A DNA stretch of 64,000 nt. Origin: an uncultured Fibrobacteraceae bacterium (GTDB lineage: Bacteria; Krumholzibacteriota; Krumholzibacteriia; LZORAL124-64-63). Of the stretch, positions 9,410-19,263 are shown piece by piece. The stretch is taken from positions 169,429 to 233,428 of the forward strand of contig CAYTFE010000001.1 of assembly GCA_964437115.1 (NCBI GenBank), written 5' to 3'. A program made the translations under genes and the position numbers. The notes under the pieces were generated by a model. That model was not told the DNA's origin. It worked only from the letters and a program-made list of their open reading frames with translations, and did not search any database. Within the stretch, counting starts at the first letter, position 1. Each line of letters opens with the position of its first letter.

Positions 9410-10555
9410 TTGCGAATCGCTTTTCTGTCAATCGGCAGACATATTCACACCGAGAGATGGATACAGTGGTTTGCACAAAGAGGGCACGAATGTCACCTCC
9501 TCACGGTTCAGCCTGGCGATATTGATGGTGTGAAAGTACATGACATCCGCTCAATCGCCCGTCCCAAGCCTCTTCATTATGCAATTTCACTTGTAAAAGT
9601 TAAATCTGCTCTGAAAAAGATTAACCCGGATATTCTGAATACTCACTTTTTAACTGGTTACGGATATTGGGGACATTTTTCAGGAATGCACCCGAATGTG
9701 CTAACTGTTTGGGGCGATGATGTCTATGTAACCCCATATGAAAATAAATTAAAAAGAAAACTAGCAGAAGCTGCTATGAAGTCATGTGATGTATTGACCG
9801 GTGACTCTGTTGATATACTCCAGCAGTCTGTTAGAGATCTGGATGCAAATCCAGATAGGGCATATAGGGTTTTATGGGGTGTTGATTTTTCAGTATTCAA
9901 ACCGATGGATACTTCAAGCTGGCGCAAGGAGCTTGGTTTCGCAGAAAATGATATCATCTACTTTTCGCCTCGCAGTTTTACACAGCCTTATTACAATATT
10001 GATATAGTTATCAAAGCAGCTCAAATTGTTAAATCAACTGAACCACGAGCTCGATTTTTATTTGCTGGCTATGAAGGAGATCCTGCGCCTTTCTGGGAGA
10101 TGGCAACTGAGGCAGGTATCAATGATGTATCAAAGTTCATGGGGCGGATTCCGCACTCAGATTTTGCCAAAGTACTAGCAGGGAGTGATGTGTTTATCTC
10201 AGTCCCTTCAGTCGATGCCACTGCAGTAAGCCTGCTTGAGGCAATGTCATGTTCATCTGCAATTATTGTATCAGACTTGCCTTCCTCAGTGGAATGGGTT
10301 GAAGATGGCGTTTCTGCAAAAGTTGTACCTACTGAAAATGTGGAGTTACTTGCAAGGGCCATGCTTGAATATGCCAACGACTCTGACTCTCGGACAATAT
10401 TTGGTGCAAAAGCAAGGGAGTATGCTCACAAAGTTGCCGGGTTCGATGCTAACATGGAATATGTGGATAGAATATTTAAGTCACTTGTTGAAGATGATGA
10501 GTGCTGGCCAGAAGAAATTTTATTGTCGAATTGCAGGTCACAGGATGTCGATTAA
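9410..10555 (+). CDS. Glycosyltransferase family 1 (GT4-like, retaining).
   Basis: C-terminal EX7E-type motif (SLLEAMSCSSAIIVSD) and a GT-B two-domain layout. It begins about 30 nt after tRNA-Leu. Confidence 0.75.
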   Translation: MRIAFLSIGRHIHTERWIQWFAQRGHECHLLTVQPGDIDGVKVHDIRSIARPKPLHYAISLVKVKSALKKINPDILNTHFLTGYGYWGHFSGMHPNVLTVWGDDVYVTPYENKLKRKLAEAAMKSCDVLTGDSVDILQQSVRDLDANPDRAYRVLWGVDFSVFKPMDTSSWRKELGFAENDIIYFSPRSFTQPYYNIDIVIKAAQIVKSTEPRARFLFAGYEGDPAPFWEMATEAGINDVSKFMGRIPHSDFAKVLAGSDVFISVPSVDATAVSLLEAMSCSSAIIVSDLPSSVEWVEDGVSAKVVPTENVELLARAMLEYANDSDSRTIFGAKAREYAHKVAGFDANMEYVDRIFKSLVEDDECWPEEILLSNCRSQDVD

Positions 10556-11486
10556 ACTTTCAGTCATAATTCCTACATATAATAAAGCAGATTTGTTGCA
10601 ACAAACTCTAGATGCATTATCGAAGCAGAATTTAGATGTCTCCCAATGGCAACTTGTAGTGGTTAATGATGGCTCAACCGATAATACCGATGAAATCCTG
10701 AAAACATTTTCAGATATCTGGAAAGGTAATATTGAGCTTATAAAGCCAGAAGCTAACTTGGGCAGGGCCAAAGCTCGTAACCTTGGTGCAGAATCAGCCA
10801 GCGGTGATTACTTATTGTTTTTAGATGATGATATCGTGGCTCCAGTAAATCTTTTATCCAGCCATATGTTAAAACTTGATGCAGTGGGTGGGTTTGGGGT
10901 CATTGGAACTATTGTCACTTCAGCTGACTTGGTCGATGCTCCACATTTTTATTACATCGATTCCAGAGGTGTTGCAAAAATCAAGGCAGGCTTTGTTCCA
11001 GGTAAATATCTTGTGACCCAGAATTGTTCTATGCCACGTAAATTGTTTATAAAGGTCGGGGGATTTGATGAGAAATTCACGGCCTATGGTTTTGAAGATA
11101 TGGATCTTGGTATCAAACTTTGTAATGCCGGCCTGAAGTTTAGACTGCTAGATGGCCCTGTACCAATCCACGTTCACCATCATACCTTGAGTCAATACCT
11201 TGAGAAAAAACGGGAGTGTGGCGCTGAATCATTGGCACTTATTTCAGAAAAGCACCCTGAAAGTGTTGTCGATATGAGACTTAATTGGGTTCTTGAGAGA
11301 AGGCCTGGTTTTCTGATTAAATATTTCAGGTATTTGTCTACTTCGTTTTTTTATAAATTTGCTGTCAGTTTGGCAATTAAGTGGCCTTCCAACTCTGTGA
11401 ATAAGCCAATTTTCGAAAACATGTATTATAAACTCATGGACTTTTTAGTCATGGCTTCTTTTTATCGTGGATATCTGACATACTGA
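10545..11486 (+). CDS. Glycosyltransferase family 2 (GT-A).
   Basis: SVIIPTYNKADLL, VVNDGSTDNT and a DDD motif. Start assigned to the in-frame ATG at 10545. The 10236 start in the ORF track is a spurious out-of-frame extension across the GT1 3' end. Confidence 0.75.
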   Translation: MSIKLSVIIPTYNKADLLQQTLDALSKQNLDVSQWQLVVVNDGSTDNTDEILKTFSDIWKGNIELIKPEANLGRAKARNLGAESASGDYLLFLDDDIVAPVNLLSSHMLKLDAVGGFGVIGTIVTSADLVDAPHFYYIDSRGVAKIKAGFVPGKYLVTQNCSMPRKLFIKVGGFDEKFTAYGFEDMDLGIKLCNAGLKFRLLDGPVPIHVHHHTLSQYLEKKRECGAESLALISEKHPESVVDMRLNWVLERRPGFLIKYFRYLSTSFFYKFAVSLAIKWPSNSVNKPIFENMYYKLMDFLVMASFYRGYLTY

Positions 11487-11670
11487 CAAATGTATGACAG
11501 CAGCCTGACGTAATGACGCTATATTTCTTCTCAAGCTAATACTGACAAATTGTCTTTCAGAGTAGATGTTGGCTAACATGCGTCATATCAACATATTACT
11601 TTCTTTCATTATTTAAGGCACGGTACTTGTATTACATATATCAGCAATTCATGTGTAATTGACACTTTAA

Positions 11671-13584
<1,914 letters not shown>

Positions 13585-13597
13585 TAAGTAGAAGTGT

Positions 13598-13626
13598 AGG
13601 GCCGGCTTAGCCGGCCCTTTTATTTT
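13598..13626 (+). terminator. Rho-independent terminator after dnaK.
   Basis: gggccggc-ttag-ccggccc followed by ttttatttt. Confidence 0.7.
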
Positions 13627-13661
13627 ATCAAAATAAAAGTTGAAAAAATAGTAAAGTATAC

Positions 13662-13690
13662 TTGACAACATAATGCCGGAATGATATTGT
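13662..13690 (+). promoter_or_regulatory. Possible sigma-70-type promoter (TTGACA-N17-TATTGT) for the sigma factor gene.
   Basis: Motif read in the sequence. Unverified, and the lineage may use a different promoter consensus. Confidence 0.25.
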
Positions 13691-13840
13691 CCAATATAGA
13701 ACGAAATTATATTTATTTTCGTGAGACGTTTGGCAAAATAATCTAAGTAGTGTAGAGTGAGATAAAAAAGGATTGGGAAGCCATTCTATCATTTGCACTA
13801 TCCTGGTCCTTCGCACAGTCTATTTTCGGGAGGTGCAAAA

Positions 13841-14698
13841 ATGTTTGAAGTAGAATTAAGTTTGGATCGTCGAGAAAGCGGTTGCCTTCAAAATTACCTG
13901 CAGTCAATTGGTCGCTACGACCTGATTACCCGTGAGAAAGAGTATGAATTAGCCAAGCTCATAAGAAGTGGCGATAGAGATGCGCTTGATGCACTTGTTA
14001 ATGCAAATCTTCGTTTTGTTGTAACTGTTGCCAAGAAATTTTTAAATCAAGGGTTAAGCTACATGGATCTGATTGCCGAAGGTAATTTAGGTCTCATAAC
14101 TGCAGCAGGTCGCTTCGATGAGACTAGAGAGTTTCGTTTCATTTCATACGCAGTCTGGTGGATTAGACAATCTATCCAGAAGGCAATTGCTGAACAAACC
14201 AATACAGTTAGATTGCCAGTTAATCGAACTCAGCAAGTTCAGAAGATTAAGAAAATCACCTGGGAATTTGAACAGACCCATTATCGACTTCCTTCTGATA
14301 CAGAACTTTCTGAGCGAGTAAATATCCCATTAGTTAAAATGGCTTTGATAAAAGCAGCAAGCCGGCCACTTGCAAGTTTAGATGAGAATGTTTTTGATTC
14401 TGAAGATATGACACTTTCAGAAATATTGGCTGATGAGTCACTGCCAAATCCAGAGGATGGTTATCTCCAGGGAGAAGTAGTGTCATTAATTGGATCAGCT
14501 CTTGATATTCTGACACCAAGAGAAAAAAAAGTTGTTTCCAGGTATTATGGGCTTGAAGATCTTGAATCTGTATCACTTGAAACTATTGGTCAGGATATGA
14601 ATTTGTCTCGAGAAAGAATTCGACAAGTAAGAAACCAGGCTTTGCTTAAAATCAGAAAACATGTAGCTTCTATGGAAGCTGTTAAGTTTGCTTCATAA
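13841..14698 (+). CDS. RNA polymerase sigma-70 family factor, RpoD-like but short (about 285 aa, no region 1.1); likely the primary sigma of an FCB-type organism.
   Basis: Region 2 (DLIAEGNLGLITAAGRFD, YAVWWIRQSI), region 3, and a region 4 HTH (TIGQDMNLSRERIRQVRNQAL). The ATG at 13841 has a GGGAGG SD, whereas the 13793 start lacks one. Confidence 0.8.
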   Translation: MFEVELSLDRRESGCLQNYLQSIGRYDLITREKEYELAKLIRSGDRDALDALVNANLRFVVTVAKKFLNQGLSYMDLIAEGNLGLITAAGRFDETREFRFISYAVWWIRQSIQKAIAEQTNTVRLPVNRTQQVQKIKKITWEFEQTHYRLPSDTELSERVNIPLVKMALIKAASRPLASLDENVFDSEDMTLSEILADESLPNPEDGYLQGEVVSLIGSALDILTPREKKVVSRYYGLEDLESVSLETIGQDMNLSRERIRQVRNQALLKIRKHVASMEAVKFAS

Positions 14699-14750
14699 TC
14701 TATTTGACAGATTGCGTAAGCCAGAATAATTTACGCATTACTGATTGAGT

Positions 14751-14827
14751 GGGAGATTAGCTCAGCTGGCTAGAGTACTTGCTCGACACGCAAGGGGTCA
14801 CTGGTTCGAGTCCAGTATCTCCCACCA
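14751..14827 (+). tRNA. tRNA-Val (GAC)
   Basis: Acceptor gggagat/atctccc, anticodon stem-loop cttgc-tcGACac-gcaag, T-arm ggttcgagtcc, CCA encoded. Confidence 0.85.
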
Positions 14828-14905
14828 TTAACTACTGTAAAGAGGGGAGTGTCATAGGATTCTCCTTTTTTTGTTATTAGACTTGATGGGAAGTACGGGG
14901 TCATA

Positions 14906-16825
14906 ATGTCTCAACTAACGCTAACTCTTCCAGATGGTAATTCAATCAATGTTAATAGCGGAGCATCTTTTAGCGATGCCGTAGGCGTTATAGGAGCTGG
15001 CCTGCTAAGAAACTCGCTTGCTGTTACCTTTAATGACAAGCATTATTCCCTTTCCGATTTAGTCCCCTCTGATGGTTCTCTATCTGTTATAACAAAATCC
15101 AGTGAAGATGGATATGTCACGCTACGACATTCAGCTGCACACTTGTTGGCCTGGGCTGTACAGGAATTGTATCCAGGGACAAAATTTGCTTTTGGTCCAG
15201 CTATTGAGAATGGCTTTTACTATGACTTCGATAGAAAAGAACCATTTACTGAAGAAGATCTGATAAAAATTGAAAACAAAATGGTGGAATTGTCAAAAAG
15301 TAAGGAAAGTCTTAATCGGCGCGAAATCACTAAATCGGATGCTGAAGAACTCTTTGCTGATCAACCATATAAACTTGAGCAAATTTCCGAATTGGGTGAC
15401 GAAGCACTTACCGTATATCAAGTCGGCCAATTTCAAGATTTATGTGAAGGTCCACATGTCCCTGATACGTCACCTATAAAAGCAATCAAACTGCTGAGTG
15501 TTGCTGGCGCTTATTGGCGAGGCAACAGTGATAACAAAATGCTCCAACGTATTTATGGTACTGCTTTTTTCAAAAAGAAAGAGCTGGAAAACCATTTGCG
15601 TATGTTGGAAGAAGCGAAAAAGCGTGATCACAGGAAGCTTGGCCGTGAACTGGATCTTTATGGAATAATGGATGAAGCAGGTCCAGGTCTTTCTTTCTGG
15701 TTCCCACGTGGAGATATACTTCGAGACCAAATTATTAACTTCTGGAAAAACATCCATCGCCGGGATGGCTACGTAACAGTTACTACACCACATATTTCCA
15801 ATGCTGAGCTTTGGGAAACGTCTGGTCATATGGAGTTCTATAAAGACGACATGTATGTCTTTGAGCAAGATAATAAGCCCTATGTTGTCAAGCCTATGAA
15901 CTGTCCAGGGCATATCCTGATTTACAAACGCCAGAAGCGTGGGTATCGAAGTCTTCCAGTTCGTTATGCAGAGCTGGGAACTGTCTATCGAGCTGAACTT
16001 AAGGGCACATTGCATGGGCTGATGAGAGTTCGCGGCTTTACGCAGGACGATGCTCATATTTTTTGTACTCCAGATCAACTGGAAACTGAAGTCTCCAAGG
16101 TGCTGGAGCTTACTAAAGAAATTCTAAGCACTTTTGGTTTTACTGAATTCAAAGTTGAATTGTCAGTCAGAGATCCTAAGAACCCTGAAAAATACGCCGG
16201 CAGTGATGAAGAATGGGAGATGGCAGAAAAGTCGTTAGTCAACGCTATTAAACAGCATGGTTTTGATTATACTAGAGAAGAAGGCGAAGCTGTATTCTAT
16301 GGTCCAAAGATTGATGTGAAACTTATTGATGCTCTGGGCAGGCAATGGCAGGCGAGTACTGTTCAGTTTGATTTCAATCTGCCTCGCAGATTTGATGTTA
16401 CTTACACGGATCAAGATGGCAAAGATAAGTATGTATATATGGTTCATAGGGCCATAATGGGTTCATTGGAGCGTTTTATTGGAATTATAACTGAACACTT
16501 TGGTGGTAATTTCCCTATTTGGTTGGCTCCTGAACAATGTCGAGTTATGTCCGTCAGTCATGCTCAGAGTGATTATGCTTTGAAAGTTGCCGATGAACTT
16601 CGTCGTGCTGGTGTCAGGGTAGAGTCTGATGTTAGAGACGAAAAAATTGGATTTAAAATTAGAGAAGCTGAAGAAATGAAGATTCCTTATATGCTGATTG
16701 TTGGAGGCAGGGAACAGGAAACTCATTCTGTTGCGGTTAGATCACGTAAACACGGGGATTTAGGACAGATTGAGGTAATTGATTTTGCGACAAGAATTCT
16801 TGACGAATCGGCGGAAATGAAGTAA
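14906..16825 (+). CDS. thrS: Threonyl-tRNA synthetase.
   Basis: N-terminal TGS domain, class II aaRS motifs (HRA..GSLERF, FRGREMTH-like) and a C-terminal anticodon-binding domain. Confidence 0.95.
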   Translation: MSQLTLTLPDGNSINVNSGASFSDAVGVIGAGLLRNSLAVTFNDKHYSLSDLVPSDGSLSVITKSSEDGYVTLRHSAAHLLAWAVQELYPGTKFAFGPAIENGFYYDFDRKEPFTEEDLIKIENKMVELSKSKESLNRREITKSDAEELFADQPYKLEQISELGDEALTVYQVGQFQDLCEGPHVPDTSPIKAIKLLSVAGAYWRGNSDNKMLQRIYGTAFFKKKELENHLRMLEEAKKRDHRKLGRELDLYGIMDEAGPGLSFWFPRGDILRDQIINFWKNIHRRDGYVTVTTPHISNAELWETSGHMEFYKDDMYVFEQDNKPYVVKPMNCPGHILIYKRQKRGYRSLPVRYAELGTVYRAELKGTLHGLMRVRGFTQDDAHIFCTPDQLETEVSKVLELTKEILSTFGFTEFKVELSVRDPKNPEKYAGSDEEWEMAEKSLVNAIKQHGFDYTREEGEAVFYGPKIDVKLIDALGRQWQASTVQFDFNLPRRFDVTYTDQDGKDKYVYMVHRAIMGSLERFIGIITEHFGGNFPIWLAPEQCRVMSVSHAQSDYALKVADELRRAGVRVESDVRDEKIGFKIREAEEMKIPYMLIVGGREQETHSVAVRSRKHGDLGQIEVIDFATRILDESAEMK

Positions 16826-16938
16826 GTTTGCCGAGTTGATTATTGTTAGAAAAACAAAAAGCAAAAGTAGGTGTTTTTTAAGCACCTCACCGTTATCGGC
16901 CATGTTGAGGAAGGAACGGTTCGCGGAAGTATTTTCAG

Positions 16939-16967
16939 CGGGCCATTGTGTGCCCGTTTTTTTCTTC
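16939..16967 (+). terminator. Hairpin plus T-tract (cgggc-cattgtgt-gcccg-ttttttt) between thrS and infC; terminator or attenuator.
   Basis: Read in the sequence. Confidence 0.4.
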
Positions 16968-17001
16968 CATTTAGTATAGAAAATTCAGGAGGTAGGAAAC
17001 T

Positions 17002-17523
17002 ATCAAAGAAGACAAAAGACTCAGAGTTAACCGGATGATTAGGATTCCACGAGTTCGTTGCGTTGATGAAAACGGTGAACAGCTTGGTGTTTTGGAAACA
17101 CGAGAAGCTCTGATGTTGGCTGAATCACGAGGTTTGGATCTTGTTGAGGTTGCACCAACTGCAAGGCCGCCAGTTTGTCGATTTATGGATTATGGCAAGT
17201 TCCTTTATGAAGCCAGTAAAAAGGCTAAAAAAGCTCGCCAGCAATCACATACGGTAAAAGTGAAGACAGTTAAGTTTCGACCAAAAACAGATTCACATGA
17301 TCTTGAATACAAGACCAATAATATCATTAAGTTTTTGGGGCAGGGACACAAGGTGAAAATCATGCTTCAGTTCCGTGGTCGCGAAATGACACATATGGAA
17401 CTTGGCATCGACTCTCTAAAGGAAGTAGTGGAGTCAGTAGCAGAGCATGGTATACCTGAAGGAAGACCATCCAAAGAAGGTCGTACAGTTACAGTTGTGT
17501 TGGCACCTAAAGGTGAAGTCTAG
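17002..17523 (+). CDS. infC: Translation initiation factor IF-3, probably starting at a non-AUG ATC codon.
   Basis: IF3 N- and C-domains are present. An AGGAGG SD at 16987-16992 sits 9 nt upstream of the in-frame ATC at 17002. Translation from there gives IKEDKRLRVNRMIRIP..., which matches the conserved IF3 N-terminus. The first ATG (17035) has no SD. Confidence 0.8.
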   Translation: MKEDKRLRVNRMIRIPRVRCVDENGEQLGVLETREALMLAESRGLDLVEVAPTARPPVCRFMDYGKFLYEASKKAKKARQQSHTVKVKTVKFRPKTDSHDLEYKTNNIIKFLGQGHKVKIMLQFRGREMTHMELGIDSLKEVVESVAEHGIPEGRPSKEGRTVTVVLAPKGEV

Positions 17524-17595
17524 TAATTATTGCCAGTTTAGCTTATGTTGATCTGGTTTGGTTTACAATAGGTTGAATGAACGAAAGGTAAGAGA

Positions 17596-17802
17596 ATGAA
17601 GGGCCCAAAAATGAAAACGAACCGCGCTGCAGCCAAAAGGATGAAGCGAACTGGTTCTGGTAAATTGAAACGCAGCAAAGCATTTCATGGTCACCTTTTG
17701 ACATCAAAAGATGCAAAAAGAAAACGTGGTTTGAGGAAGTCGACTTTGGTTGCTCCTGCAGATATGGCAAGAGCTAACAAAATGTTGGCCGGCTCTAAAT
17801 AG
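17596..17802 (+). CDS. rpmI: Ribosomal protein L35.
   Basis: [22 protein letters not shown] is typical of L35. The real start could be the second ATG at 17611. Confidence 0.85.
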   Translation: MKGPKMKTNRAAAKRMKRTGSGKLKRSKAFHGHLLTSKDAKRKRGLRKSTLVAPADMARANKMLAGSK

Positions 17803-17840
17803 TTCAATTAGGGAATTTACTCTCATCAGGAGATAGAATA

Positions 17841-18194
17841 ATGCCAAGAGCGTTAAATAATGTTGCCGCAAGGCAGAAACGTAACAAAGTAATGAAGAAA
17901 GCCCGTGGTTATGTTGCGGGTCGTGGTAGTCAGTTTCGTATGGCGCGTGAACAAGTAGAGCGATCACTTGTTTTTGAGTATAGAGATCGCAAAAATCGAA
18001 AACGCGATTTTCGTAGACTATGGATTGTCCGTATCAATGCAGCAGCTCGTATTCATGGATTGAGTTATAGCAAGTTGATTAACGGTTTAAAAATCGCAGA
18101 AGTTGAAATCGATCGTAAACAATTGGCTGATTTAGCTGTGCATGATTTGGCGAGTTTCGGTAAGCTAGCTGACATCGCAAAAGCTGCTCTGTAG
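17841..18194 (+). CDS. rplT: Ribosomal protein L20.
   Basis: [23 protein letters not shown]...[20 protein letters not shown] is typical of L20. Confidence 0.9.
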   Translation: MPRALNNVAARQKRNKVMKKARGYVAGRGSQFRMAREQVERSLVFEYRDRKNRKRDFRRLWIVRINAAARIHGLSYSKLINGLKIAEVEIDRKQLADLAVHDLASFGKLADIAKAAL

Positions 18195-18237
18195 CCCAGT
18201 TTCGTAACTATTTGGAAGCACGGAAGGAACTGGTCGC

Positions 18238-19263
18238 ATGGAGTGGTTGACTGAAATGCGGGAAAATGGTCTTGCTCTGATTGCAGGAGTCGATTCTATC
18301 GACTCCCTGGAGCAAGCCCGAGTGGAACTGTTAGGGCGTAAAGGTAAGTTGACTACGCAACTGCGTGGGTTGAAAGATTTACCTGATGATGAACGACCTG
18401 AAGCAGGCGCAGCTCTGAATAAGTTGCGCCAGGAATATGAAGTTTTGATTGAGGAGCGGAAAACTTCATTCGCAGCGCAAAAAGAAGCTTCAATGGCCGA
18501 TGGTTGCGATTTGACCTTGCCAAGCATAACTCCGGTTACTCCTGGCAATCGTCACCCTCTAACATCGGTGATCAACGAAATATGCGATATATTTTATGGC
18601 ATGGGATTTTCACGTGAAGATGGTCCAGATGTTGAATTGGACTATTATAATTTTACTGCTTTGAATTTTCCCGATGACCATCCAGCTCGCGACATTCAAG
18701 ATACTTTCTACATAAACGAAAAAGTACTCCTAAGAACACAAACTTCACCAGCTCAAGTGCGAATAATGGAACAACAAACTCCACCATTGGCAGTTATTGT
18801 ACCTGGCAGAGTTTATCGCAATGAGGCCCTTGACGCTTCTCATGTAGCTGAATTTTTTCAAATTGAGGGACTTTATGTCGGCAAAGACGTAAGTCTTGCA
18901 GATCTTAAAACAACTGTACTTCAGTTTGTAACACAGTTTTATGGCGAAGATGTTATTACACGCTTCCGACCTCACTTTTTCCCGTTTACTGAACCATCAG
19001 TTGAAGTCGATATGCAGTGCATGGCTTGTCATGGTGATGGATGTAACGTCTGTGGCAAAACAGGATGGCTGGAAATTATGGGTGCAGGGATGGTTCATCC
19101 AAACGTTTTCAAGTCTGCTGGATATGATCCAGATGAGTATACTGGTTTTGCGTTTGGACTGGGTATTGATAGAATAGCAATGTTAAAACATGCAATTAAA
19201 GACATTCGCTATCTATATGAAAATGATCTTAGATTTCTTTCACAGTTCAGGAGTGTACGTTGA
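18238..19263 (+). CDS. pheS: Phenylalanyl-tRNA synthetase alpha subunit.
   Basis: Class II motifs (FPFTEPS, GAGMVHPNV, GFAFGLGIDRIAML). Confidence 0.95.
   Translation: MEWLTEMRENGLALIAGVDSIDSLEQARVELLGRKGKLTTQLRGLKDLPDDERPEAGAALNKLRQEYEVLIEERKTSFAAQKEASMADGCDLTLPSITPVTPGNRHPLTSVINEICDIFYGMGFSREDGPDVELDYYNFTALNFPDDHPARDIQDTFYINEKVLLRTQTSPAQVRIMEQQTPPLAVIVPGRVYRNEALDASHVAEFFQIEGLYVGKDVSLADLKTTVLQFVTQFYGEDVITRFRPHFFPFTEPSVEVDMQCMACHGDGCNVCGKTGWLEIMGAGMVHPNVFKSAGYDPDEYTGFAFGLGIDRIAMLKHAIKDIRYLYENDLRFLSQFRSVR

Noticed and set aside
9120-9525. Two ORFs (118 aa on the minus strand, 75 aa on the plus strand) overlapping the tRNA-Cys and tRNA-Leu genes.
   Set aside because: They lie entirely across well-formed tRNA cloverleafs, and their products are low-complexity and Arg/Cys-rich. 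Spurious.
10236-10544. The first 103 codons of the 416-aa ORF overlap the 3' end of the GT1 gene.
   Set aside because: Out-of-frame read-through upstream of the real GT2 start (ATG 10545). The extension has no GT2-like sequence.
15470-16078. 202-aa minus-strand ORF inside thrS. Similar long antisense ORFs occur inside surE (41912-42361), mutL (50026-50475), rpsA (61352-61891), the apt/M23 region (40109-40573), plsY (45529-45891) and the epimerase gene (32817-33242).
   Set aside because: All lie wholly inside strongly supported conserved CDSs on the opposite strand, and their products lack domain-like composition. Antisense ORF artefacts.
16826-16938. Hairpin aggtgtttttt-aagcacct downstream of thrS as a terminator.
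   Set aside because: The stem is imperfect and no T-tract follows. The downstream hairpin at 16939-16967 is the better terminator candidate.
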